A stretch of 61,053 bases of DNA, filler included, from Dugesia japonica (taxonomy: Eukaryota), in the NCBI GenBank assembly GCA_001938525.1. It is 6 parts of 6 records of this genome, joined end to end, with 100 filler letters (N's around TTAATTAATTAA, not from the genome) between each part and the next. Parts side by side here need not be neighbours in the genome. Positions count along the whole stretch, not along the records: positions 23,392 to 33,071 come from MQRL01612109.1; positions 33,172 to 42,180 come from MQRL01611976.1; 4 more parts are not named here. One strand, 5' to 3'. Positions 23,832 to 36,239 of the stretch are shown here, in pieces (within the stretch, counting starts at the first letter, position 1; each line of letters begins with the position of its first letter). The translations under genes and the position numbers were made by a program. Below the pieces are notes generated by a model. The model was given only the letters and a program-made list of their open reading frames with translations. It ran no database searches and was not told where the DNA came from.

Positions 23832-26092
23832 TTATTCTAATTTTATTCTTTTACAATTATTTGAATCTGGTTTTGCTAAATTTGATCGTTTTAATGAAAC
23901 AGTTTTGTTTACCTGATTAATTGGTGTTGTCGAATTTAATTTGTCTTTAATTNNNNNNNNNNNNNNNNNNNNNNNNNNNNNNNNNNNNNNNNNNNNNNNN
24001 NNNNNNNNNNNNNNNNNNNNNNNNNNNNNTTTATTTATTGCTTCTAACTTTTCTAAAATTGACAAATTCTGTCTTTGTTGAATTATATTTTCTGAATGAA
24101 TATTTCCATTATTTTTATCATATTCATTTAAAATATTTTGTTCATCTTTAGAAATCAAATCTTTTGGTATTTTGGATAATAATTGAATTATATGTTCTTT
24201 ATCACGAAACCAAGAAACAAGAGATCTTCGATTGACATTTAAATCTGATCCAATTTTACTTATTGATTCTCCATTTTCATATCTTTTTATTGCGTTTAAC
24301 TTTTGCCAAATTGAGATTTTCTGTTTCATTATTATTTTACAGGGATTATTATTTTCATCACCTTTAGTTTGATTTTTGTCTTCTCTTTTATCATTTGAAT
24401 CTTTGGACATTTTTGTTAATTTAATTAATTTTTCTTTATCATAAATCCAATTATGAATATTTGATTGGTGTACGTTTAAATCTAAACTAATATTTCTACA
24501 NNNNNNNNNNNNNNNNNNNNNNNNNNNNNNNNNNNNNNNNNNNNNNNNNNNNNNNNNNNNNNNNNNNNNNNNNNNNNNNNNNNNNNNNNNNNNNNNNNNN
24601 NNNNNNNNNNNNNNNNNNNNNNNNNNNNNNNNNNNNNNNNNNNNNNNNNNNNNNNNNNNNNNNNNNNNNNNNNNNNNNNNNNNNNNNNNNNNNNNNNNNN
24701 NNNNNNNNNNNNNNNNNNNNCTTACGTTTAAATCAAAACTAATTTTTTTACCTGATTCTCCATTTTCATATCTTTTCACTGCTTCTAACTTTTGTAAAAT
24801 TGACCAATTCTGTTTTTCTTTAATTATTTTTTCTGAATGAATATTTTCATTATTTTTATAATATTCATTTAAAATATCTTCTTCCTCTTTAGAAATTGAA
24901 TCTTTTGGAATATTTGATAATAATTTAATTANNNNNNNNNNNNNNNNNNNNNNNNNNNNNNNNNNNNNNNNNNNNNNNNNNAATATCTTCTTCCTCTTTA
25001 GAAATCAAATCTTTTGGCATTTTTGATAAAGATTCAATTAACGTTTCTTTATTATGATACCAATAAAAAATATTTGATTGGCTTACGTTTAAATCAAAAC
25101 TAATTTTTTTACCTGATTCTCCATTTTCATATCTTTTCACTGCTTCTAACTTTTGTAAAATTGACCAATTCTGTTTTTCTTTAATTATTTTTTCTGAATG
25201 AATATTTCCATTATTTTTATCATATTCATTTAAAATATCTTCTTCCTCTTTAGAAATTGAATCTTTTGGAATATTTGATAATAATTTAATTAATTTTTCT
25301 TTATCATGAAACCAACAAACAATAGTGTTTGGACTGGCATTTAAATCTAAACCAATTTTTCTACTTGATTCTCCATTTTCATATCTTTTTATTGCGTTGA
25401 ATTTTTGCAAAATTGAGAACTTCTGCGTTTGTTTTATTATTTTACTCTGATTACTTTGATCATTTTCATTTTGTTCTTTATCTTCTTTTTTATCATTTAA
25501 ATCTTTGGACATTTTTGTTAATTCAATTAATTTTTCTTTATCATAAAACCAATTATAAATATTCGTTTGGCTTACATTTAAATCTAAACTAATATTTTTA
25601 CATGATTCTCCATTTTCATATCTTTTTACTGCGTCTAACTTTTGCAAAATTGACAAATTCTGTCTTTGTTTAATTATNNNNNNNNNNNNNNNNNNNNNNN
25701 NNNNNNNNNNNNNNNNNNNNNNNNNNNNNNNNNNNNNNNNNNNNNNNNNNNNNNNNNNNNNNNNNNNNNNNNNNNNNNNNNNNNNNNNNNNNNNNNNNNN
25801 NNNNNNNNNNNNNNNNNNNNNNNNNNTAAAGTATATTTGGACTGCTTACATTTAAATCTAAGCCAATTTTTTTAAGTGATTCTCCATTTTCATATCTTTT
25901 TACTGCACTTAACTTTTGCAAATTTGAAATTTTTTTATTTTGTGTCATTATTTTATTTGGATTTTTATTCTTATCATCTTTATTTTGATCTTCATTATTA
26001 TTACAGTTTTCGATATCTTTTTCTGTAGCATTCAAATTCTTTGAAATTGTAGATAATTCAGCGAATGCTGAATTATTATTATTATTTTCCAT
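23832..26092 (-). CDS. Intronless tandem psq/CENP-B-type HTH repeat protein (about 8 modules visible, gaps inside)
   Basis: Repeated SILQKLxAVKRYENGESxxxIxxDLNVxxxxIxxWxxxKEKL modules at 79/84-aa spacing; ATG at 26092; ends KRIKLE*; no stops in the sequenced parts. Confidence 0.85.
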
Positions 26093-26504
26093 ATTTTCTA
26101 AATTTATATAATAATAATTTTTTTTATTAATAGAAAAATAATTAAATAAAATATATTTTTCTTGATTTTTATTGGATAATTATAAAAATATTATTTATTA
26201 TTGACATTTTATACTATTTTTATAAATTATTATGTAATTAAAATTAAATAAATGAAAGAAATAATCGTTAGAAACTCATTTTATTTGCGAATCAATATTT
26301 TCCAAATTTGCCATAAAAATATTATTAATAAAAAATAGTAAATAGATGTGAGCTCCGATTGTTTTATTAATTTTGGAGTTTTGACTGTTTTAGAAATGTG
26401 GCATTTGGATTGGTTGTAAAATTACGTAAAACAATATTTTGAATTCGCGTTGGAATGGTCAAATTTTGCTAGGGAATTACGAAAATTTGAATTTTGTTTA
26501 AAGG

Positions 26505-26697
26505 TTTTTTGAAATTCATTAAATAAAAGCTTGAATCAAATTTTTTTTGATAATAATTCTTATTTTCGTCTTTGTCGTCGTCAGGAATTGAATCTTTCTC
26601 AAAACGTCAATTTCTGACGGAGACAAAGTCGAAAATTAGAATTATCATCAAAAGAAATTTTGAACGAAGCTTTTATTTTAATGAATTTTGAAAAACG
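26505..26697. mobile_element. Foldback/MITE-like long palindrome
   Basis: Two ~85-bp arms are inverted complements; shares CGAAGCTTTTATTTTAATGAA and flanking motifs with 14960-15230 and 38140-38370. Confidence 0.75.
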
Positions 26698-27569
26698 ATC
26701 AATTGTTACGTCCAAAAATTATTCTTGCAATAATTGTAATAGTAATATAATTTTCTCGTTCAACTTTTATCGTAGAGTTTCGAATTTGATATCCTTGAAC
26801 TTAAAATAAAAATTGGTATAATTTTCACATAGTGTCTGTTCATTTTTTCATGCATTTGTTCGATAAATCGGTTATACAATTGTTATTCATACATGCGAAA
26901 GTGTATTGTAGCAAAACAGCAATATCAGGTCTTTCGCTTTCATCATGATGAATTGTACGAATTGTATGTTGTTAGTTAGTATGAACTCTGTACTAAATCT
27001 GCTTTTTTAAAATTTCTCGTGTTCTACTGTTAATTTATTCATTGGACTAGTCCATTCTATTTTCGCTATTTGTTTCCATAAATGTGTTTATTTTTGTTTT
27101 CATGGTTATGGATTGCTTTCCTAATTTCATACCATGTCGCTTGATACAATTCATTTGGTATTGTTCAACATTTATTTCTTGTCCTGAAAAACTCATGACT
27201 ATCACATTTATTTTGTCTTAATTGCATCTTAGTAGCTTTTTGACAATTATCGTTTCTGTCGTTGGGAATTTAGTGTATGTTCCCATCTTGATTGTTTGAT
27301 TGGTTGTGGTAGTAAACATAATTTATATATTCCTTTATGTATTGGTTTTGGATGTATTTTCCCAAATAATCTGACTTTCACCTATGTTTCTGTGACTGCT
27401 AATATTTTGCAGGGCATTTTGTTGGGTCTTTTGCTATCGTTCTGATTTCTATTTCCAAAGTATTAACTGATAACATAACATAATTTTTAAAGGTAACGTA
27501 TGTTTTTAAATTTAGCATATATTTTAAATATAATATAATTTTTAATGAGAATATATATTTTATATTCAA

Positions 27570-28750
27570 TATACACCTATCCCCCGATTTACACGGTAAC
27601 TTTTTTACACGATTTTGCTTTTACACTTTTTTAAAAAAATTATATCCCCCGATTTACATGGTACTTTTCGCTTTTACACGGTTNAAAAAAAACGATTAAA
27701 AAGTTATATTTGGATAAAAAACAGAANAAAAAATTTCCAAAAATGTATACACAACATAATGTTATTAGTTTTTACTTTTAACAGTAAATTTATTCATACA
27801 TACTGTTATTTGGTTCTAACACTGGCATTAAAAACTAAAAAAAAAGAATTCATCCATTCTGCATAAATTATTAAGAGATTGGACTTATTCTTGGCTTAGT
27901 GAGTTAAATTTATGTATTTAGTAGATGAAAAGTGCATACATATTATTGATTTCTTTATAATAATAAATTTTTAAAAATATTAAGCTATCGTAAATAATAA
28001 TTCATAATTTTTGTAGCAATTTTAAAATTCAGTATAAGCGTTTTATAGGCTTCATGATGTCGAAAGAAAAAAAAAACAAACAAGAAAAAAGAAAAGTAAT
28101 ATCGTTAGAAACTAAAATCAAAATAATAGATCGGCTGAGTAAAGGAGAAAGAGTTACAGAGGTGGCTAAATCATATTCTTTGAATGAAAGCTCGATTAGA
28201 AAAAGTGTAGCATCTGGAAGTGGTACAAGTTACAGCACAAAATCATATGTAAGGGATATTGTCATTGAAACTATGGAAAAGGCATTAATAATATGGATTG
28301 AAGACCAAACACAAAAGCGGATACCAATTGATACAAACGCAATCACAAATAAGGCGTTGTGGATATATGCAAAAGTTAAGGATCAGTTACCATCTACGTC
28401 TTTAGCTGAAAACCAAAAGCCGTCATTTTCAGCAAGCCACGGTTGGTTCGAAAGATTTAAAAAAAGGCATTCTTTGCATAATTTGAAATTGAAAGGCGAA
28501 CTATCATCAGGAGATATAAAAGTAGCAAAAGAATACCCAGCAAAGCTTGCTGAAATCATTGCCGCCAATTCATACACTCCAGATCAGATGTTTAATGCTG
28601 ACGAGTCCGGTCTTTTTTGGAAAAAAATGCCGAGAAGGATCTATGTGGCTAAATCTCACAAAACAGCTAGTGGCCATAAAGCAGCAAAAGACCGTATAAC
28701 AATTCTGTTTTGCAGCAACGCTTCAGGCGGTTACTTAATGAAACTATTCT
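27570..28750 (+). mobile_element. Tigger/pogo (TIGD1-like) DNA transposon, 5' part; transposase from 28054, truncated at ~28745
   Basis: psq HTH (KRKVISLETKIKIIDRLSKGE), CENP-B HTH (FSASHGWFERFKKR), DDE start (QMFNADESGLFWKKMP, KDRITILFCSNASG); TIR-like ATCCCCCGATTTACAC near 27580. Confidence 0.93.
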
Positions 28751-29370
28751 TGTTTCCCATTGGTGCCAGCTCTAAAATTCTAAAAATTTTTATGATTTTC
28801 GATCACATTATTGGTGTCTAATTTTAGAGCACCTTGTGATCTTCAGGGCTTTGTCTCATTTTAATTTTCTGGTTTCTCATTGGTTCATTATTCAAACCCT
28901 TTTAACGGACCTTCTGTTGTTGGTAGGATATTTTTGTTGGACAATCCTATTGCCCTGTCACTTTCTCCTTCCAGTTTTTCTTAATAGAATCTTTTATGAT
29001 CATTCCAGAGTGAAGATATCTTACAAAAACTGATTTTCTATTAATTATTCTTCTTTTTTGTAATAAATTAATTAATTTTTGATAATTAAATATTATTTTC
29101 TGACGATAATTCACTTGTTTTTCTAATAAATTATAATTTTCCTTAACTATTCCGATCGATTTCAGCTAATATTTTGTCCACCAAATATTTTCTTTTTGTC
29201 TATTGTATTTTTCTTCTAGCCTTTTTACCTTTTTTAATCGATATAATAATAGAACTTTTACTGAGATGAAACAGTTCTAGTTAATTTTCTTTTTTTAGCT
29301 CCCTTCATTAATATTTTCTGATTTCGGCCCTTGGGCCTAATTTTCTTCTGAAACCGGGCCTATTGTTTAT
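28745..29370 (-). mobile_element. Copy D (promoter-end fragment) of the cargo element family, interrupting the Tigger transposase
   Basis: 28755-29040 aligns with 2060-2340 (repeated ATTGG boxes, GATATCTTACAAAAACTGATTTT vs AATATTTACCGAAAACAGATTTT). Confidence 0.55.
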
Positions 29371-29389
29371 ATAGTATTGTTTATATTTT

Positions 29390-30507
29390 CCAGTTCTTTT
29401 TGATACAATATTGATGAGCTATGGGAATTTATACGGTAACTTTTCCATTGATTGTTGTGATTTGAAAACAGCCAACATGGCTGACAATAAACAGCATTTA
29501 AAGTTTTTGAATAACATAGCCAGAAATATGGAACTGGACCATACTTTAATTTAGCATAATAAACATTTTCTTTGAAACTTCGATTATTAGAGTCCTTAGG
29601 AAACAGTGCTTTTGGTCGGTATTGCGAACTACATACTATTTTGCGCTTTTCGTCATCAGATATAATTTGATTTAAATATTTACCTAAATCGTTATCATTG
29701 ATATTGTCGAGATTTTTTGAGCAGAACTGTTCAGTTACATTGTTGAGTTGGATGCTATTATCTATTTCATTTTCAACTACGGGCCTTATATTTTAATTTT
29801 TGGATATCTAAGCAACATCATTTTCATTTAAATTTTTAGACTGTTGAGTATTAAAGATCTAGACATTTTCTCTGTCTTTCTTCAGAAATGAATCCAATTT
29901 TGGTAATTGTTGTAGTAAAATCTCTTTTTCTTTCTTGATTTCACGCTTTTGAGCTCCACCTTTTACTTTTTTCAGAAGAATTCGGTTCAATTTTCATTAA
30001 CTTAAAGGTGAGAGTCAGAGGGTGACGGTAACTTGAAAATAAAAATTTTGAACACATTCGTTAACTATTACTAATTATAAATTTTTACCTTATTTAAAAA
30101 ATAAGTCTCATTCTTAACTGTGTAAAACAGAAAATTGAAGAGACTTTCAGAAATCATATAACATATTATTTATATGTTATAATTACTTTTTTGCGAATAA
30201 AAAAATATAATGTTGTATTGTATTGTTTTCTAGTAATATGCACTGCAGTGGAATAATAATTTCTACTCGTTTTATGTTTGTATTTCCTCTAAAGAAAAAC
30301 TTATCAGAGAAAAGTTTCTTATATATTTATTTTGTATTTGGATTGGTATGGATGGAAACATGGTGATTAAAAAAATAAGAACATTTTTTTACAAAAAATG
30401 TTTTTTAAAATTTAAAATTAGAAAATTAATTATTTTTTTTAATTTCATGGTTTGACGAATTGGCCCTTGTACCTCGCACACACTCGCCATACCTAGCTAC
30501 GGCACTG
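29390..30507 (-). mobile_element. hAT transposon 5' remnant (ZMYM1/TTF zinc-finger type)
   Basis: Minus-strand terminus CAGTGCCGTAGCTAGG at 30507; peptides GGAQKREIKKEKE and WLCYSKTLNAVYCQPCWLF. Confidence 0.75.
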
Positions 30508-31600
30508 CCCTAAATATTATCTTTTACAAAATATTTGAACTTTTAAAAACTGTTTAGAAACTGTTTTCTATAAACTTTATGAAGTTTATTTGCTAATACT
30601 ATTTGATCCTCAGATTGTTCTTCTAGTTTATATTCTTCACCACTAATTTTATCTTTATGAGCATGTTCAAGAATCTTTTTAATAGTAATGTATTACTTTG
30701 TCTTTCTAAATTTCCACCTTTCATTATTTTTCCTTTCATTGCAAATTTGTATATCTCCACCTCCACGCTTTAAATAAATTCGTTGATGTCTGAATTTATA
30801 ATTGTCAATTTTCAATAACAAAATTATACAAATAGTGGTGTATTTACGGTTAGAAACTGGGTATATACATTTATAAAATTTTATTCATTGGGTGCTTTGA
30901 GAGTATGATGAGCACTCTGGGAATCGCGAGGATGATGGGACCCTTTGGTATTCGAGATTTTTGATAGATCCTTCTGAGTTTTTACACTTTTATGATTTTA
31001 ACGACTTTTTTTTACATGCGTGGCACATTTTATACCTCGCTAGACTCCTAAATGTTAAGATGTATAATTTTGTTATTGAAAATAAACTGAAGAAATCGGA
31101 GATAAAAATAAATCAACATAAATGCTGGTTCTGAATATGCCAAATAAAGTTTTATGGTCATATTATAAATAAGGAAAGGATTAAAACTGATAATTCAAAT
31201 ATAGAGACAATAAACAAATTTGAAAATATCGATGTATCAAATATCTTTGTAACCTTATTGTTCTAACAAACTATTAATAGTCTTTTATTGCTGTTGTTAT
31301 TTATTTTTACATATTATTTGTATCATAAATACATTTTATTCATTCATAGAAGAAATATTTATTAATAATAATATTTGAATGACAAATTCTGAAAAACTTG
31401 ATTTTCTAATAAAATGAGTTTCTAACAATTATTTCTTTCATTTATTTAATTTTAGTTACATAAAAATTTTTAAAAATAGAACAAAATATAATTAATAAAT
31501 AATGTTTTTATAATTATCCAATACAATTCAAGAAAAATATATTTTATTAAATTTTTTTTCTATTAATTAAAATAATTATTATTAAATAAATTTAGAAAAT

Positions 31601-32894
31601 ATGGAAAATAATAANAAAAAATTAAATATTCAAGAAACAATAGATGAAGACAAAAATATCCAAATGAAATTTTCAATTTTTGAAAAGTTACAAGCAACAA
31701 AACAATATCAAAATGGAGAATCAAGTATAAAAATCGCCTGTGATTTGGATGACTATCAAAGAATTATTGTTAATGAGTTTCATGGTAAAAAAAATTAAGT
31801 TGAATTTTCACAAATCTCATAGAATTTGAATGCTAAAGAAGAAGAGATCGAAAACTATGATAATAATGAAGAACAAAATAAAGATAAGAATAATAATCCA
31901 AGTAAAATAATGACACAAAACGAAATAATCTCAATTTTGCAAAAGTTAAAGGCAGTAAAAAATTGGAAAATGAAAATGGAGAATCAAGTAAAAAAATTGG
32001 TTCTGATTTAAATGTAAGAAGTTTAAGTATATTTTATTGGTTTCATATCAAAGAAAAATTTATTAAATTATTAGTAAAAATGCCAAAAGATTTGATTTCT
32101 AAAGAGGGAGAAGATATTCTAAAGGAATATGATAAAAATATTAAAAATGTTCATTCACATAACATAATTAAACAAAAACAAAGATTGCCAATTTTGCAAA
32201 AGTTATCCGAAGTAAAAAGATTTGTAAATGGAGAATCAAGTAGAAATATTGGTTTAGATTTAAATGAAAGACGATCAAATATTTATAATTGGTTTGATAA
32301 TAAAGAAAAATTAATTCAATTAACAAAAATCCTAAAAGATTCAAGTGATAACAAAGAAGATAAAGAACAAAATGAAGATGATCAAAATTATCAAAGTAAA
32401 AATATAAAACAAATACAGCAATACTCAATTTTGCAAAAGTTAAACGCAATAAGAAGATATGAAAATGGAGAATCAAGTAGAATAATTGGTTTAGATATAA
32501 ATGCCAGTCTATTGTTTGTTGGTTTCATAATAAAGAAAAATTTATTAAATTATTATTAAATATGCCAAAAGTTTTGATTTCTAAAGAAGAAGATATTTTA
32601 AATGAATATGATAAAAATAAAAATATTTATTCACAAAAAACACCTAAACAAAACAAGAAATATTCACTATTGCAAAAGCTAAACGCTGTAAAAAGATATG
32701 AAAATGGAGAATCAATAACAAAAGTTTCTAATGAATTAAATATAGCACCGACAACAGTTCCATATTGTATCAGAATTAAAGACAAATTAGATTCGACAAC
32801 ACCAATTAATCAGATAAACAAAACTGTTTCATTAAAACGATCAAATTCAGCAGAACCAGATTCAAATAATTGTAAAAGAATNNNNNNAGAATAA
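31601..32894 (+). pseudogene. Second, frameshifted copy of the tandem psq-HTH repeat gene (about 5 modules)
   Basis: Same modules and C-terminus (IKDKLDSTTPINQINKTVSLKRSNSAEPDSNNCKR) split over four ORFs; 5' and 3' flanks (31410-31600, 32900-33050) are inverted homologs of 26100-26290 and 23590-23740. Confidence 0.85.
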
Positions 32895-33071
32895 ATCAAG
32901 TAATAATAGAAATAAATTTGATTTATTTTTACTTATACGAAGTAAAATGTTTGTAAAAGTGAAATCGTATTTAAATTTTTTCCTATTTTAAATAAACACA
33001 TTGAAGTGTTTAAAAATGAAATTAAAATGTTTAAATAACATATATAAACTCAGTGTTCTGTTTCCTCGGCC

Positions 33072-33171
33072 NNNNNNNNNNNNNNNNNNNNNNNNNNNNN
33101 NNNNNNNNNNNNNNNTTAATTAATTAANNNNNNNNNNNNNNNNNNNNNNNNNNNNNNNNNNNNNNNNNNNN
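33072..33171. other. Artificial contig spacer
   Basis: N44-TTAATTAATTAA-N44. Confidence 0.97.
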
Positions 33172-33479
33172 ACGTAGGCGAGAATTTCTCCGTTGGAGTT
33201 CCGATGTCTCAGCTTGCATCTTTTTATGTTTTACCAACAACAAATTCTTTAATTCCGTTACCAAATATCCAACTGTGGTATTGGTTGATTTAGATACTAA
33301 ATACTAGAATAGTTCATCTTGATTTATTAATAGTATAGGTAAATTTATAGTTAATTTTATCGTTACGATTTAATTAAGTTGAATAGATTTTTTATTTACT
33401 CTGATTGTTATTATATTTACTTTAGCATCACTCAAGGATTCGTAAGTCGATCACCATTATCACCGGTGGAGCTGGAGTT

Positions 33480-35940
33480 TGACATAAAATTTATTGATAT
33501 TACATTTATTATTCATTAATGTCACTCCAGGTTATCGAGATCCTTGAAAATAGATACGTCTTTCCCTTTATTAATTTATATTTGATTTGCCTCTGCATTT
33601 AATGCAAATCCAGCTCCCTGAAGATGATGGTGCGGTATATCTTATAGATTTTTCATTTTCTATATTTGATTTTAATTCATTGATTTTGTCTGTTTTGAAT
33701 TGGTAAGGTTTATTATCACTATTTTTTAATTCTATGTTTTCGTCTCTGTTTTATATTGAGTTTGTCTTAGATTGTTTGAATTTTTCTCTTTTGCATGGCC
33801 AAATGCTCTGCAATATCTTTTAATCAAACGATCTGATTTCTTAATGGTTTCTACTTCTTGATCGTCTCGTGTTTTCCCGATTAGAAGAACCTGGTTTATC
33901 TGAATTTCTTGGTTTCTTTGACTCTATATTTTTAATTATATTTTTTATTTGAGCCGGTTGATTTGTATTTTCGGTTGTGGCTTGTTGATTAACTTTTCCT
34001 ATTTGAGATTGCTGATTATCTGCTGGAAACTCTGGTTCTCTAAATATTTTCCTCGGTGGTATGTATATCTTTTCTCTTTCGTCTTTTATTTCCTCTACAA
34101 TATATTTATCTAAAAGATCTAACATTTATTTCATCGCCTCCTGCTGTCATTCCGACAATTTATTCACTATCTTGACTTTCAAAAGTTTGTCGTTTTTGAG
34201 AATAATTCCATATTTCATTAGTCTTTTGTTTTCAATTAACTCTTGATTATAAAAGTAAAATTGTATCTCATCGTTTTCTTCTAATATTATTGGCCCTTTT
34301 GCTATTATTATCTTTTTTAGTTTTTCTGTTTTAGTAAACGCATGTGTACTTATTATTAAAGCTATTTTATTAAAACTACCTGGTTCTGTAGAAGCTTGCA
34401 CTATTATAGATTTCTGTCATTCTGGGTTTACTTTAACAAACTTGCTTTAGTTTTTTATCAATTNATTTATTATTTTATGGCTCTCATCAAATTCTATTCT
34501 GTGTTTCACTTTTAATAATAGGATTATTAATTTTTTTATTCATAATAGTTTTGGGGATATTCGATTATATCCTTCAAATATTGAATTAGTGTGAGTTCGT
34601 TTATATTCCCTTTGGCCATTTTGTGACTTTAATTTTCCATCATCGACTTTTGTTTACTCTCATATATTTCTCCATCTAAACCCACTTTAACGGATTCGTG
34701 GGTATTTATTTCATATTCAATTTTCTCTTGTTAACTCTCCTGCATTCTCTCATATCTGACTCGTAATTCCTGTAATTCTGCTTTTATATTCTTGTATTCC
34801 TCATTTTGCCTCCTCGATAACATTTCGTTTCAGGTCCAAATGATACTTCTTTCTTTATTATGCTTCTAGGTTCACGCTGTTGGCTTCTAAAAACTCTTGC
34901 TAAATGCCCATACCTGTTACAATTGTAGCATTTTATTTGTCCTATATTTTTTACTTGATCTCTTCCTTCGTTTGAATAATATGAATTCTTTCCTCGTTCA
35001 TTATTATTATTTATATAATTGAATTTCCTCTTTAGGCTCCTATTATATCTATAATTTGATTCAAATTTTCTTTTGGGGCTGTATCCTCTATTGTTAAATC
35101 TTATGCTCAAATTTCTGTAACATCTTTTATAATTATTATTCCAGTTTTTCCTTGGACTGGAGTTTCTATACATATAACTTTTTATGGGGTATTCGTATAT
35201 CTCTAAAAACTCGTCGGACTCGAATTTTATCATTTGTTTTTATAATTTTTTTTCTATTATCTTGGTGATCTTGTTATGATCGCTTCATGTTACCCAATTG
35301 CGTAATTTCCTTGTCGTTTAACATTTTTATTTCTATTGCGTACATTTTTTTTGTCTTTAGGTTTATGATTATAATTTGCATCATTTCTTCTTTGCTTTTG
35401 TCATTAACTCTTCTATATTTTTGTATTCTACTGCTATCAGAGCAGTATTTATATAGCTAAGTGTTCAACTCAAGAATTGGTTCTCTATAACATGTTTAAT
35501 ATTATCACCTTCTCTAAAGGCCATTTTTGCTAATTTTTTCAAATCATATAGATATTCACCTAAAGTTTCTGTAGTTCCTTAGGTTCTATTTCTAAACTTT
35601 TTTGTATACATATTCTTTCTAATTCTGTGGGAACTATTATAAGCTTTTTAAGCTCTTTTATTATTTCGTTAAAAGTTTTAGGTGGCTTCTTTAATTACTC
35701 ACAAAACCTTTTAAATAAAGAGACAATCTCTTTACAAACTCGTCATTTGTCCAATTACACGCTAGCACGCACATCGACATTTCTTCAAAATATTCATCAA
35801 ATTCCTCGGGTTTCCCGGTACACGTTTTTATGGGTAATTTGTTTAATTTATTTCGGTCGCTTAAGCCAAATAGATTAAAACCATTTTCTTGTTCATTTAT
35901 ATTTTTATTATCTTTACGTGCCATAATTATATTCCTACTT
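33480..35940 (-). mobile_element. Degenerate LTR retroelement gag region
   Basis: Gag-like EEFDEYFEEMSMCVLACNWTNDE...LSLYLKG; zinc knuckle CYNCNRYGHLAR; multiple stops. Confidence 0.7.
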
Positions 35941-36239
35941 CTTAACTTAAATCTAATATCGTCTGTATCAATTGTTCGTATTATTTGTTATGTTTAATTT
36001 ATTTTTAAATATTTGTGTTGGTATAAATTTATTTATTTATTAATAAATATGAAACTGTCAGAAATAATTCTTAAATAGTTTAGTTTTTATTAGAAAAATA
36101 TTTTTTTGAAGGTTTGGATTCCTTTATTTATATTTTATTCACTGGATTAGTAACTATCTGCGAATTTCTTTTCAATTCACAATTCAAAAAAGAAACATTT
36201 TCTCAATAATCAGGTTTCGTTTCAACCTTTCAAAATTAT

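Noticed and set aside
23731-23880. Duplicated C-terminal exon of the HTH gene; also 24721-24930 nearly repeating 25082-25290
   Set aside because: Both flank N gaps and may be scaffolding overlaps, so the exact module count is uncertain
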